Below, piece by piece: positions 10,766 to 20,601 of a stretch of 64,000 bases of DNA. The notes beneath the pieces are model-generated. The model was not told where the DNA came from, searched no databases, and was given only the letters and a program-made list of their open reading frames with translations. The stretch's first letter is position 1. Each line of letters begins with the position of its first letter. The DNA comes from a virus. The stretch lies in the IMG/VR virus record IMGVR_UViG_3300020437_000005, positions 18,121 through 82,120 of that record. One strand, 5' to 3'. The position numbers were made by a program, and so were the translations under genes.

Positions 10766-11407
10766 ATGTCAGAAATTAGAGTTAATAAAATAGTTGACGA
10801 ACCAGGTACAGGTGCTGTTGAACTGAAAGAAGGTGCAACACTTCCTGCCGGTAAGACTCTGAGTGGAGATGGTGACATCAACATCACTGGAAATGCTACG
10901 ATTGGGGGACTCTTAACATATGAAGATGTCACCAATATTGATGCTGTTGGGTTGATTACCGCAAGAAGTGGTATTCAAGTTCTTGCGGGCATTTCAACAT
11001 TTAGGGGAGCTCACTTTGATGGAGGAAACTTAATCAAAGAAACATTTAACTTCTCTGCATTAGATTTCAATACTGACAATCAAATCGACTTAGATACTGG
11101 AATGGTTGATTATCGTAGCAATACATTAGGATCAACTACATCACTCAATTTGTATTGTGCAATGGGTGTGAATAATAAAATGTCTGCCGGAGAGGCAATC
11201 ACAGTCAATGCAATTACTGCTGTAGATAATGCAAGTTATTACATTGATGGTCTCACGATTGATGGTGGGTCCGCAGAAACAATTAACTGGGTTAACGGTG
11301 CTCCAACTGATGGTGGATCGAGTGGCGTTGACATTTATACATTCACTATTTTGAAGACTGGAGATGCTGAATTTCTAGTCATTGGCAATCAGACAAAAAC
11401 GTCGTAA
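10766..11407 (+). CDS. Virion structural protein (paralog of 11781..12275)
   Basis: MSEIRVNKI N-terminus and LTYEDVTNIDAVGLITARSG motif typical of cyanomyophage fibre-associated proteins; C-terminal GVDIYTFTILKT domain. Confidence 0.75.
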   Translation: MSEIRVNKIVDEPGTGAVELKEGATLPAGKTLSGDGDINITGNATIGGLLTYEDVTNIDAVGLITARSGIQVLAGISTFRGAHFDGGNLIKETFNFSALDFNTDNQIDLDTGMVDYRSNTLGSTTSLNLYCAMGVNNKMSAGEAITVNAITAVDNASYYIDGLTIDGGSAETINWVNGAPTDGGSSGVDIYTFTILKTGDAEFLVIGNQTKTS

Positions 11408-11409
11408 GA

Positions 11410-11416
11410 CTAAATA
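11410..11416 (+). promoter_or_regulatory. Late promoter variant CTAAATA
   Basis: Intergenic TAAATA core upstream of 11448. Confidence 0.55.
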
Positions 11417-11447
11417 ACTTAAGGAAACCCCCTACACATTCAGAAAT

Positions 11448-11735
11448 ATGTCGTTCAAAATTTCCGATGAAGTAATCATTGATGCAAGTCGAAATCTTGC
11501 TAATGTTGGAATCATCACTGCAACAGATTTTAGAAAAGCAGATGGATCTTCCATTGGTGGTGGTCTTGCGAATGATGATGTTAGTGAAGGATATATTATC
11601 ACCAATCCAAAGGTTCTTAACTCAAGTGTAACTCTTCCAGCAGGTACCAATAGTGCTCTCTATGGACCAGAAGTTACCATTGGAGAGTCCACGGTCATCA
11701 CACTCGATGATGATGCTTCTTTAATTATTACCTGA
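11448..11735 (+). CDS. Small virion/fibre-associated protein
   Basis: GIITATDFRKADGS motif shared with 10386..10739. Confidence 0.7.
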   Translation: MSFKISDEVIIDASRNLANVGIITATDFRKADGSSIGGGLANDDVSEGYIITNPKVLNSSVTLPAGTNSALYGPEVTIGESTVITLDDDASLIIT

Positions 11736-11780
11736 TTCAACACCCACTCTCACTCATCCACTAATAAAAGGAATATAAAA

Positions 11781-12275
11781 ATGTCACAGTTAAATGTAAA
11801 TTTAATTAAGAATAAAGCCGGTAATGGTGGTCCAACACTTGAAGCACTGACTGTTACGAATGACTCAGTTCTTTCTGGCGTTCGTTTTACTGCTGGTCAA
11901 CTTTGTGAGAGTGTTAATATTGTTGCGGGAACGCTTGGTTCTGCTTCTGACATCGATCTTTCCAATGGAATGATTCATTATTTCACGACACAAGAAGCTG
12001 CGCAAGCAATTCCAAACTTATCAGTATCTGGTAAGAGTGTGAATCAAATCATGGCAGTTGGAGAAGCAATCTCAGTTGTCATCATGGTAACAGCGTCAAC
12101 ATCTGGGTATATGTCATCAATGACAATCGACGGCGCATCAGTTACACCGATGTGGAGTGGCGGTATTGCTCCATCAGAAGGTGGTGCATCAGGTATCGAT
12201 GTTTATACACTGCAAGTAATCAAGACAGCGGACAGCACATATACAGTTCTCGCAAATTCATCCAACTTCGCTTGA
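11781..12275 (+). CDS. Virion structural protein
   Basis: AAGGA RBS; MSQLNVNLI start; GIDVYTLQVIKT domain shared with 10766. Confidence 0.75.
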   Translation: MSQLNVNLIKNKAGNGGPTLEALTVTNDSVLSGVRFTAGQLCESVNIVAGTLGSASDIDLSNGMIHYFTTQEAAQAIPNLSVSGKSVNQIMAVGEAISVVIMVTASTSGYMSSMTIDGASVTPMWSGGIAPSEGGASGIDVYTLQVIKTADSTYTVLANSSNFA

Positions 12276-12292
12276 TATAGGAGATAAAAAAC

Positions 12293-15200
12293 ATGTTCGA
12301 TAATAAATGGCAAAAGAAAGAAATGCCACTGGTTAGTCTCATTGGAATGGGTGGTGGTATTGCATCACCTGCTTTTTTAGCTTCTATCGTTCTGAATATA
12401 CTCAAACCAACAGTATTCTCTCCTGCAGATGATACCGGAGTTCCTGATTTTGATTATAATGCAGAATCAAGTGCGATTACAAATGTTGGCACCGGTAGTA
12501 TTACTTTAACTGGTACAAGCGGATCCTTTATTCCTGGTTCTTACATAAAAGATGCAAACTCTACAATCATACCTTCTGATATTGCATCAGTAGATGGATC
12601 TACAATTAGTTTTTCATCTGCAGTAGATTTAACAAGTATTACTGCTCCTCTGGAGATGGTTGATGCTAGTGGTAATATAATAACACCTACAACATCTAAT
12701 GTAACCACAACGACACCTATCGCTGGATCTAGTTTAGTTACAAACTATACGTTTACATATCCCAATGGCACTAGCGTTGGCTCGCCCAAACTTATTAATT
12801 CTGCAGCTAATATGCATCCTAGCAATAGTATGCCATTAGGGGATCGCATGTTGTGGATTAAAACAAATAATAATAGCAATAATGCTATCAGTGATAGTGT
12901 AGTTCTTAATGGACGGACTTTATTTACAGATGCTGCTGATAACTCCAATTTGTTTAGTGGTGGCGTAGAGTTTGGGGAAGGATTTACTCGGTTACCCTAC
13001 GATATTGCATCCCTAGGAACTGAAGTAGGGAACGGAAAAGCCTACGCTACGGAAATTGGTGTATCGCCCGGCTTATTGGATATTGTGACTTGGAACGGTA
13101 CGGGCACAGCCAGCACCGATCGTCGCATTCCACACTCATTGGGCAGTGTTCCTGGAATGATTATCGTAAAAAGAGTTGATGGTAACCAAGACTGGTATGT
13201 TTTCCATACTTACAAAGGGGTTCAGTATTATGCAAATCTCAACAATAGTAATAGATGGGAGTGGACTCCTGCGGCGACACCCGCGTGGGGATCAGCTCCC
13301 ACAACAACAGATTTTGGAATAAACGAAAATACTTTAAGTACCCAAACTGGTGAGTATGTTGCTTATGTCTTTGCCGAAGATACTCCTGGTAAAGTAAAGT
13401 GTGGTACGTATACTGGCAACGGTCACGATAATTTTGTAAACGACATAGGTTTCGCACCCCATTTTGTACTTATTAAAGAAGCTCATAACAGTGGCGGAAT
13501 AACAAATAATGGTCGTAACTGGCTTGCCGCAAATACTTTTATGATGGGTGAGCAAAGATTCTGGAGACCTGCTGATGCTACTCATTTAGATGGTAGTAAT
13601 TCCGAATATATTAATAACAATTCCACTGGCATTCACGTTAAAGGTAGTGATACCCATATAAACCAAGCCGGAAGCACATATATCTATTTGGCTGTTGCGG
13701 GAAATGACGCAAATGGTCTTCCAGTTCTGTCTCCAGACACAACTCAACTTACATTCCAAGATAATACCAATCTTGATCAATTAACATCTGGAATGACGAT
13801 TAGTTCAGATATTCCACAAACATTAGTATCTACATTTAGTGTAGATACTTATACTGGCAATAGTAGCACACAGGCAATCAATAATGGAATTGATTTAGCA
13901 GGTCAAGGTGGATTAGTTTGGTTAAAAAAACGAAGTGCTGATGGCAATCATTGGTTATTTGACACAGAGAGGGGAGCTAACTCAAGATTGCTCACCAATA
14001 CGTCTGGTGATGCCTTTACAGCCGTAGAAGGTCTTTCATTTAATAGTGACGGTTTTACTGTTAATAATGACAACTCGATTAATGCTAGTGGTGCAGACCA
14101 TGTTATGTGGAGCTTCCGCAAAGCGCCGGGGTTCTTTGACATTGTGACTTGGTCGGGTGATGGATCTGGAACACGAAATATAAGCCACTCCCTTGGAAGC
14201 TCACCTGCAGTAATGATTTGGAAGAAACTAAATACTAGTTCAGATTGGTCTGTATACCACAAAGACGCGGGAACTGGATATAATCTCTATCTAAATACAA
14301 CCGATTCTAGATTAGACACTTCATTGTGGGGCACTGGACCAACGACTACAAATTTCCCTGCTCATCCAGCTTTTAACCTTACTGGTGAAGAGTATGTAGC
14401 CTACCTGTTTGCAGATAATCCTTCTAATGAAATCAAGTGTGGAAGTTATACAGGATCAGGCGTAGGTACGTCAGTTAATGTTGGTTTTAGACCCCATTGG
14501 GTACTTATTAAGTCTTCTACTTATGATGAAACTAATTGGGTAATTGCTGATTCATCACGTCCTGGTGAATTGATCTGGCCCAATAAATGGGACGCAGGTT
14601 ATCCAATGACTGTTAGTTTCAGTGATTCGGGATTTAGTTTAGATAGTAATAGTTCATATTTGAATTCATCTGGATACACTTATACTTATGTGGCAATCGG
14701 AAGTCCGACTGGTTTGTCAGGTGCTCCAACTGCAAAACTGACAGCTGATGCGGATCCTTCGACCAATACAGCTATCATTGATGCAAGCTCCTGGACTACT
14801 GGTTATTCTGTAACTGGCCCAGCTTTCATTGCAACCGCATCAGGATTTGACGAAGATACAATAAACCTAACTCTCACGGACACTACAGTATCAAAAGTAT
14901 CTGATGGAAGTTTAGTAGGAGTAACAATTGATCAAGCTTTGACTATTGGTGAGACAGTTCAAGCTGATACTGCTGTTACTGGTACAGTTACTGCTCCGGT
15001 GTTTACTACGACTCTTTGGAGTGGTACAGGTTCAGCTCACGAAATTGTGACAGGAATTGATAATACAGCAAATACTTTAATTTGGACTAAATCTAGAAAT
15101 TACTCAAATAGTCACAGGTTATATACTCCTGCTGTAGATAACATTATCGGGAATCCAAGCATTTTGTTTTCCAACGTTAGTAACAGTGTTGGATCATATG

Positions 15201-17674
15201 GGGTTGGAGACTTTAGTGGATTTACTGCAAATGGTTTTACAGTTTCTGCTGATTCAAACGCCAATACTGGCCCCATGAACTCCACAAACCTTAATTATGT
15301 TGCCTGGAACTTCCGTGCAGCACCCGGATTTTTGGACATTGTGACTTATACCTCTCAAAGTGGTGTCAGTGCAATTGATCACAACCTAGGTTCAGTTCCT
15401 GGATGTATAATAGTTAAAAAACTGAATGGTGGTACTTCTTGGCAGGTCTATCATAAAGATTTAGATTCTGGTAAACTTCTAGAATTGGACGGATATCAGG
15501 ATCAAGCCACTCGCAATGGTTTCCCATCAGCACCCACTTCTACTCAGTTTTTTATTGATCCAATTTCTCATAACACTTTCGGAAATGTAGGCGATCAATT
15601 TGTCGCTTATCTCTTCGCAGAGGATACACCTGGTCTGATTAAGTGTGGCCTATACACTGGCAATGGTAGCAGTTCACAAACAATTAATCTTGGATTTGAA
15701 ACAGGATTATTGATAACAAAACCTAAAAACCTAGATCAAGGTTGGATGATTATAGATTCAGAAAGAAAAACTGATTCGGGTACTCATAATGCATTCTCAC
15801 AACCTAATGAACTTAGCCCAGATAATTCCTTTAATGAGTTTCATTCATTAACAAGTACTGGATTTACAGCAGGTAGTTCGGCCAACGCAAGTAATAGACA
15901 AACCATCTACATCGCTATTGCAAAAAATCCAGAAATGGATATTACATCAGACATTTATGCATCAGGAACAGTATCATCATCTTCAGGTAATACGATTGCT
16001 CTGTCAAATACAACTGGTACATGGTCAACCGGAATGAAGATTCAGGGTACAGATTCTGACACTAAAGATAATCCAGATGCAATAAGAGCCGAGAATATTG
16101 TATTGACATCTTCTGCACCGTCTGCAGAAAAACCTGTTAGCACTTGGGGCAATGCAATATGGGAGATTGCGACTGATGAGAACTTCACACAAAATGTACA
16201 GACCGCAACCACTGCACTTTCAGCAACTGGTACACAAGCAGGTCCAAGTTTCGTCTTTGAAAGAGAAACTGGATATTATACTAGAACTAAGTACACCGCA
16301 CTGGGTCAAGAATCCGAGTGGTCTGATGTTACTTATTTTGTAACTAGAGCACTTTATGTTGATTCATTCTGGATTGATTTATTTAACACTAATGGATGGG
16401 ACTATGAATATGCAGAAGGTATAGACAGTGATGATAATGGAAATATATACGTTATATCAATTAGATATAGTGCTGGTGGCAGTGGATACAAGGGAATGTC
16501 ATTGGTTAAATTAGATTCAAATGGTGTTATCAAATGGCAAAAGTATATGACATATAATATTCCAGGCGATAGAACTTACCCACTTGAAAGTAGAACTGTT
16601 TCCGTTACCCCAGATGGATCTGAAATATTTGTAACAGCACAGGGTGATTTGGGAATGCTTGTCTCCAAATTTAATTCTGATGGAATTCTTCAATGGAGCA
16701 AAAAGTTGGGTGTATCAAATTCAAATAATTACTCATATGGAACTACTTTAACATCTTCTGGTGAATTGGTAATGTTTGGTAAAGACGACCAAAATTCTGG
16801 GTCACATACATTTGTAACTCAAATTTCTAGTAATGGATCACAAACTTTTTATTCATCAATTGGAAGAACAAGTGGTGATACAACAACGTTGGCTTTTGAA
16901 TGTGAACCTTTTACAGACAGTGATGATAATATCCACTTTGTTATCAACTCTTGGAATGGATCGAAGCGCACACCTGGCGTTGTAAAGTATAATTCATCTG
17001 GCGTATTACAAAGTGTCAGTGACTTCAACAGCAGTGTTGATAATAGTATTGCTGATGAAGACCATTTCGGCGATATAGCTGTTGACGGTTCTGGTAATAA
17101 ATACATTACTTATAGACGTGATGTATCTGGGATGAGAAGTGGTTTACTTAAATTAAATTCTTCTGACGAAATTCAGTGGCAAAGTGAAATTAGTAGTAAC
17201 AACCCACATTATCCACTGCAGGTTAATATTGATTCTTCTGGAAATATAGTCAGCGCCTTCCAGGATAGAAGAACTAATAGTGGTATTATTATTACCAAAC
17301 ATACATCAGATGGAACACTGGTGTGGAAGAGATCATTTAGACATTCCAATACAGAAATCAATCCTAATGCTGAAGTAAGACTCAATAGAAATGATAATAT
17401 CATACTCTATTCTTACACTTATGGTGATGTAAAAACTATTGTATGTCAACTTCCTTCAACTGGAGGTTTGACGGGCACTTATAATACTTCTTATGGTAAT
17501 TTTATTTGGGAAGATGCGACTCATGTTACTGTGTCTAGTTCCACCGCATATTTCAAAAATGGATCCTCTATCTATAGTGCCAAGAGCACATCTATGTCCA
17601 TGTCATCCTTCACAAATACAGATGTAGGAAGTAATATTCTTTCTGCAAATAAAACTGACATACCAACTCCTTGA
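12293..17674 (+). CDS. Large virion structural / putative receptor-binding protein with three ~300-aa internal modules and a C-terminal beta-propeller-like region
   Basis: AGGAG RBS. DIVT(W/Y)...H(S/N)LGS.P...W.V(Y/F)H...VAY(L/V)FA...KCG.YTG occurs three times. The C-terminus has KL(D/N)SxGxxxW blade repeats. Confidence 0.8.
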   Translation: MFDNKWQKKEMPLVSLIGMGGGIASPAFLASIVLNILKPTVFSPADDTGVPDFDYNAESSAITNVGTGSITLTGTSGSFIPGSYIKDANSTIIPSDIASVDGSTISFSSAVDLTSITAPLEMVDASGNIITPTTSNVTTTTPIAGSSLVTNYTFTYPNGTSVGSPKLINSAANMHPSNSMPLGDRMLWIKTNNNSNNAISDSVVLNGRTLFTDAADNSNLFSGGVEFGEGFTRLPYDIASLGTEVGNGKAYATEIGVSPGLLDIVTWNGTGTASTDRRIPHSLGSVPGMIIVKRVDGNQDWYVFHTYKGVQYYANLNNSNRWEWTPAATPAWGSAPTTTDFGINENTLSTQTGEYVAYVFAEDTPGKVKCGTYTGNGHDNFVNDIGFAPHFVLIKEAHNSGGITNNGRNWLAANTFMMGEQRFWRPADATHLDGSNSEYINNNSTGIHVKGSDTHINQAGSTYIYLAVAGNDANGLPVLSPDTTQLTFQDNTNLDQLTSGMTISSDIPQTLVSTFSVDTYTGNSSTQAINNGIDLAGQGGLVWLKKRSADGNHWLFDTERGANSRLLTNTSGDAFTAVEGLSFNSDGFTVNNDNSINASGADHVMWSFRKAPGFFDIVTWSGDGSGTRNISHSLGSSPAVMIWKKLNTSSDWSVYHKDAGTGYNLYLNTTDSRLDTSLWGTGPTTTNFPAHPAFNLTGEEYVAYLFADNPSNEIKCGSYTGSGVGTSVNVGFRPHWVLIKSSTYDETNWVIADSSRPGELIWPNKWDAGYPMTVSFSDSGFSLDSNSSYLNSSGYTYTYVAIGSPTGLSGAPTAKLTADADPSTNTAIIDASSWTTGYSVTGPAFIATASGFDEDTINLTLTDTTVSKVSDGSLVGVTIDQALTIGETVQADTAVTGTVTAPVFTTTLWSGTGSAHEIVTGIDNTANTLIWTKSRNYSNSHRLYTPAVDNIIGNPSILFSNVSNSVGSYGVGDFSGFTANGFTVSADSNANTGPMNSTNLNYVAWNFRAAPGFLDIVTYTSQSGVSAIDHNLGSVPGCIIVKKLNGGTSWQVYHKDLDSGKLLELDGYQDQATRNGFPSAPTSTQFFIDPISHNTFGNVGDQFVAYLFAEDTPGLIKCGLYTGNGSSSQTINLGFETGLLITKPKNLDQGWMIIDSERKTDSGTHNAFSQPNELSPDNSFNEFHSLTSTGFTAGSSANASNRQTIYIAIAKNPEMDITSDIYASGTVSSSSGNTIALSNTTGTWSTGMKIQGTDSDTKDNPDAIRAENIVLTSSAPSAEKPVSTWGNAIWEIATDENFTQNVQTATTALSATGTQAGPSFVFERETGYYTRTKYTALGQESEWSDVTYFVTRALYVDSFWIDLFNTNGWDYEYAEGIDSDDNGNIYVISIRYSAGGSGYKGMSLVKLDSNGVIKWQKYMTYNIPGDRTYPLESRTVSVTPDGSEIFVTAQGDLGMLVSKFNSDGILQWSKKLGVSNSNNYSYGTTLTSSGELVMFGKDDQNSGSHTFVTQISSNGSQTFYSSIGRTSGDTTTLAFECEPFTDSDDNIHFVINSWNGSKRTPGVVKYNSSGVLQSVSDFNSSVDNSIADEDHFGDIAVDGSGNKYITYRRDVSGMRSGLLKLNSSDEIQWQSEISSNNPHYPLQVNIDSSGNIVSAFQDRRTNSGIIITKHTSDGTLVWKRSFRHSNTEINPNAEVRLNRNDNIILYSYTYGDVKTIVCQLPSTGGLTGTYNTSYGNFIWEDATHVTVSSSTAYFKNGSSIYSAKSTSMSMSSFTNTDVGSNILSANKTDIPTP

Positions 17675-17704
17675 TCTATATTATTACATAAAAACCACCC
17701 AAAA

Positions 17705-17750
17705 AAGTGGCACACAAGACCTCTACCAGTTCTGGTGGGGGTCTTATTAT
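17705..17750 (+). promoter_or_regulatory. AAGTGGCACAC box, 14-bp hairpin and TATTAT at the late/early boundary (terminator and/or early promoter)
   Basis: AAGACCTCTACCAG-TT-CTGGTGGGGGTCTT (17716-17745, two G-U pairs). Confidence 0.55.
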
Positions 17751-17773
17751 ATCTGGACATAAACGACACGTCA

Positions 17774-17872
17774 ATGACCGCCACTGAGAAACTGATCTTT
17801 ATTGCCTCATTTGTATGGATGCTCAACTGGGGTACAAGAGTCACCTCTGTTGCAATTCAAGCACTCTCTTGA
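17774..17872 (+). CDS. 32-aa hydrophobic mini-protein (MTATEKLIFIASFVWMLNWGTRVTSVAIQALS)
   Basis: ATG-to-TGA read manually; fills the gap after the hairpin; single TM-like stretch. Confidence 0.55.
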   Translation: MTATEKLIFIASFVWMLNWGTRVTSVAIQALS

Positions 17873-17897
17873 CACCCCTTTACTTTCCTGATACAAT
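17869..17897 (+). promoter_or_regulatory. sigma70-type promoter
   Basis: TTGACA-17 nt-TACAAT with TGn extension. Confidence 0.8.
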
Positions 17898-17923
17898 AAC
17901 CTTTGTGGAGGTTCAATGACATT

Positions 17924-18121
17924 ATGGCTAAAACTGAGATTCTCTTTGTAAAACCAAAGTCCCGTAAAGCTAAGAATCGATTTGCTAATGAGATGTGTTC
18001 TTTACATGGATGTCGTGTAGAGAAACGTGAGAGTGGTAAAATCTTTCTTGCATCTATTAGTGGTAAATACTTCTTTTGGATGAATGAAAGTGCTGACGAT
18101 CATTGGGATCTTGTCAAATGA
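17924..18121 (+). CDS. Hypothetical protein (MAKTEILFVKPKS...)
   Basis: GGAGG RBS precedes ATG 17924 in ORF 17903..18121. Confidence 0.65.
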   Translation: MAKTEILFVKPKSRKAKNRFANEMCSLHGCRVEKRESGKIFLASISGKYFFWMNESADDHWDLVK

Positions 18122-18158
18122 TTTTCCATCCAAAATGTAAACCCAAAAATAGAAACAA

Positions 18159-18356
18159 ATGAAAGATCAGTACCCCATTGAAGACAATGAATCAAAACAA
18201 GAGAAATGGAATCGTGGACTTGATTTGTTCATTGAATCAGTTCTGAAACCAGACCCTGCACTACGTCAATGTGCTCATAATCAACGATGTTATCATGAAT
18301 TAATGGATGTAAGGGCTGATGTCCTTGAATATCTTAAATCTAAACGTTGGTATTAA
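18159..18356 (+). CDS. Hypothetical protein
   Basis: ORF track; tiles with neighbours. Confidence 0.65.
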   Translation: MKDQYPIEDNESKQEKWNRGLDLFIESVLKPDPALRQCAHNQRCYHELMDVRADVLEYLKSKRWY

Positions 18357-18369
18357 TTCACAATTTCAC

Positions 18370-18528
18370 ATGAATTTATCACTTCAAGAAGTGGATCATC
18401 TTATTAAGTCATTGGAAACAATGTCTCAACATGATGTGGCGAGAGCAAGAGAAATGATTGCACCTGGTGTGACAAATCATTCACAACTGATTCAAAGACT
18501 TAAAGATTATCGTTTTCGTTTGACCTGA
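18370..18528 (+). CDS. Hypothetical protein (MNLSLQEVDHL...)
   Basis: Internal ATG of ORF 18319..18528 removes the overlap; abuts the next gene. Confidence 0.55.
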   Translation: MNLSLQEVDHLIKSLETMSQHDVARAREMIAPGVTNHSQLIQRLKDYRFRLT

Positions 18529-18529
18529 C

Positions 18530-18991
18530 ATGAAGGAATTTGATTATGAACTCGATTACAAAACACTTGACTTCACAGATGCAGAAACTCGCAAACTTTA
18601 TCGCATTGGAAGGGGAGAACAAGGAGTGTTATTGGTACGGCCTTACACTAACGACATTTGCGCTCATTGGAGGTTTGTAGATGAGACTACCGCTCGCAAA
18701 TCTTCTGCTAAGATATACTCCATGTTCTGTGAGTATAGAGACGCTGGAGACTTCATTGGTATGGACATGGCACGGAAATTCCTTGAAATGGGTTTTACAC
18801 GCGCCCGCAGGTATGCAAATCATTCTAGTGGAAAAAAGTATTCTAAAGACGGTACCATTAGACCCCAGGAGACAGATGCACTACACAATATCAAGGCGAA
18901 GGCTGCAAGAATCTTCAAAGAAGTAAGAGATAAAGCAGCATATGACTCTCAGTATCAACAAATGCGTAAACAATGGAGGTCCGCAGAATGA
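18530..18991 (+). CDS. DUF4385 family protein
   Basis: Motifs YRIGRGEQGVLLVRPY and DFIGMDMARKFLEMGFTRARRYANH. Confidence 0.85.
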   Translation: MKEFDYELDYKTLDFTDAETRKLYRIGRGEQGVLLVRPYTNDICAHWRFVDETTARKSSAKIYSMFCEYRDAGDFIGMDMARKFLEMGFTRARRYANHSSGKKYSKDGTIRPQETDALHNIKAKAARIFKEVRDKAAYDSQYQQMRKQWRSAE

Positions 18992-19218
18992 CTAAGTTAA
19001 TCAAACCATCAGACTCACGATATTTCAAACAAACATCAGATGAACCTTATGATCGACACACCTATGAGTTAATTCTTCCCACAGGTAGAACATTAGTCTT
19101 TCAAGATTATGAGCATCTTCGTGCAGTATGGTTCGAAGCTGCAAGAAACTGGTCAGGTTGTATTGTAAATGTGTTAGGCGATGTTAAAGATGATGAGACC
19201 AAACCTTCTCAATCCTAG
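18988..19218 (+). CDS. Hypothetical protein
   Basis: ATGA overlap with the DUF4385 stop; GGAGG upstream. Confidence 0.6.
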   Translation: MTKLIKPSDSRYFKQTSDEPYDRHTYELILPTGRTLVFQDYEHLRAVWFEAARNWSGCIVNVLGDVKDDETKPSQS

Positions 19219-19225
19219 AGGATCT

Positions 19226-19417
19226 ATGAAATTTCCACATGCATCATTTCCATGGCGATTAGAATGTTCTAATTCAGACATAATCTGCCATTTTCAGTGC
19301 GAAGATCATTTACAAAAACATATAGATAGGTATAATTTAAAGCCAAGAAATATTAAAGTAGAGAATTGTGATGGAAAACCCTTTATCTTACGTAAAAAAT
19401 ACAAGAGAAAAGTTTGA
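19226..19417 (+). CDS. Hypothetical protein (MKFPHASFPWRLE...CHFQCEDHL)
   Basis: GAGGA RBS before ATG 19226. Confidence 0.6.
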   Translation: MKFPHASFPWRLECSNSDIICHFQCEDHLQKHIDRYNLKPRNIKVENCDGKPFILRKKYKRKV

Positions 19418-19550
19418 TAGATTTCATCAAGTTATTGTAACTGAGGTACAGGTACAGTTTGATGATGAAGAACCTGCATGGATTCCTTTCTCCACTTTAT
19501 TGGGTATTCAGAAGTTGGTAAATAGTAATAGAATGAGCAATACCTTATGA
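19371..19550 (+). CDS. Hypothetical protein
   Basis: ORF track; ATGA coupling to the next gene. Confidence 0.55.
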   Translation: MENPLSYVKNTREKFDRFHQVIVTEVQVQFDDEEPAWIPFSTLLGIQKLVNSNRMSNTL

Positions 19551-19768
19551 TTAAGTTTATTCAGAGATTCTTTGACCCTAGTGTAAAGATTGATGATGGA
19601 AGTTTGATAGATTTGATTTTAGAATTGGAAGACCGTGTAGAATACTTAGAAAGAGAAAATGATTCTCTCTCTGCATCTCTAACTGAGTTGGAAGATAGAC
19701 TTGATCAACGTATTGACAGAATACAACCAGTCATTTACCACATCAAAGGAGGAGAAAAAAATGTATGA
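19547..19768 (+). CDS. Hypothetical coiled-coil protein
   Basis: Heptad pattern LELEDRVEYLERENDSL. Confidence 0.6.
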   Translation: MIKFIQRFFDPSVKIDDGSLIDLILELEDRVEYLERENDSLSASLTELEDRLDQRIDRIQPVIYHIKGGEKNV

Positions 19769-19976
19769 TGATTTAGATGGATTTGAGAGAGCATTATCAT
19801 TTTTTGGTAATCGAGTAGAAATAATTTGTGCAATGGAACTTGGTGGTAGAATTACTGCTGAGGATGCATATCAACAAATCAAAGATGAACTCAAGGGATT
19901 GAAAAAAATTCGTAAGAAAGTTAGAAACGACAGTGACTATGGTTTCGAGTGGACACCTCTGGTAGACCGGGACTGA
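19761..19976 (+). CDS. Hypothetical protein (MYDDLDGFERALSFFG...)
   Basis: AAGGAGG RBS before ATG 19761. Confidence 0.65.
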   Translation: MYDDLDGFERALSFFGNRVEIICAMELGGRITAEDAYQQIKDELKGLKKIRKKVRNDSDYGFEWTPLVDRD

Positions 19977-20003
19977 ACCACATTAAGTAGTGTCATAGGG
20001 GCC

Positions 20004-20032
20004 TTTACAAAACAGATCAACTCATGTATGAT
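20004..20032 (+). promoter_or_regulatory. sigma70-type promoter
   Basis: TTTACA-17 nt-TATGAT; preceded by AGTGTCA, which resembles the box at 17705. Confidence 0.7.
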
Positions 20033-20055
20033 TGGTTCATGAACAAAAATCAACG

Positions 20056-20601
20056 ATGAAACTCTCAACATTCATTCTTCCTGTTCTTCTTACCACAGCA
20101 TCATTTTCTGGAGTTGCTGCTCAAGCGGAGTATCAGGTATTTCATGAACAACACTGCTACGAGAATGTAGAGCGGTATGTTCCTGGATACTACAAAGCTA
20201 ATGGTCATTATGTGAGTGCAAAGGTAAAGAATAAGCGTCGTAAAGTTGGATGTGATCAAGCACAGACTGCTCCTGGAAGTGCTGCTCCCGCAAGTTATGG
20301 CGGTTCTTTTTATGGATCTTTTGGGAATGGTAATATTGCACATGGTTATCACCAACCACACTACCCTCAGCAGCAAACCAACTATTATCAACAACAATAT
20401 CCACAACAACAGCAACAACCGATTGTTATCAATCAACCACAGAATCAGTGCAATGGTAAACTCCTGCGCATGGGTATAGGTGCTCTCGGTGGTGGTTTTG
20501 CTGGTCGTTATGCTGTTGGTGGTAAAAAATCTAAAAATACTATTCTAGGCACAGTTCTGGGTGCTGGTGCAGGTAGTCTCATTGGTCGTGCTACTTGCTG
20601 A
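20056..20601 (+). CDS. Secreted/membrane protein with signal peptide, Gln-rich linker and C-terminal glycine zipper
   Basis: MKLSTFILPVLLTTASFSGVAAQA signal; GALGGGFAG...GTVLGAGAGSLIG zipper. Confidence 0.75.
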   Translation: MKLSTFILPVLLTTASFSGVAAQAEYQVFHEQHCYENVERYVPGYYKANGHYVSAKVKNKRRKVGCDQAQTAPGSAAPASYGGSFYGSFGNGNIAHGYHQPHYPQQQTNYYQQQYPQQQQQPIVINQPQNQCNGKLLRMGIGALGGGFAGRYAVGGKKSKNTILGTVLGAGAGSLIGRATC

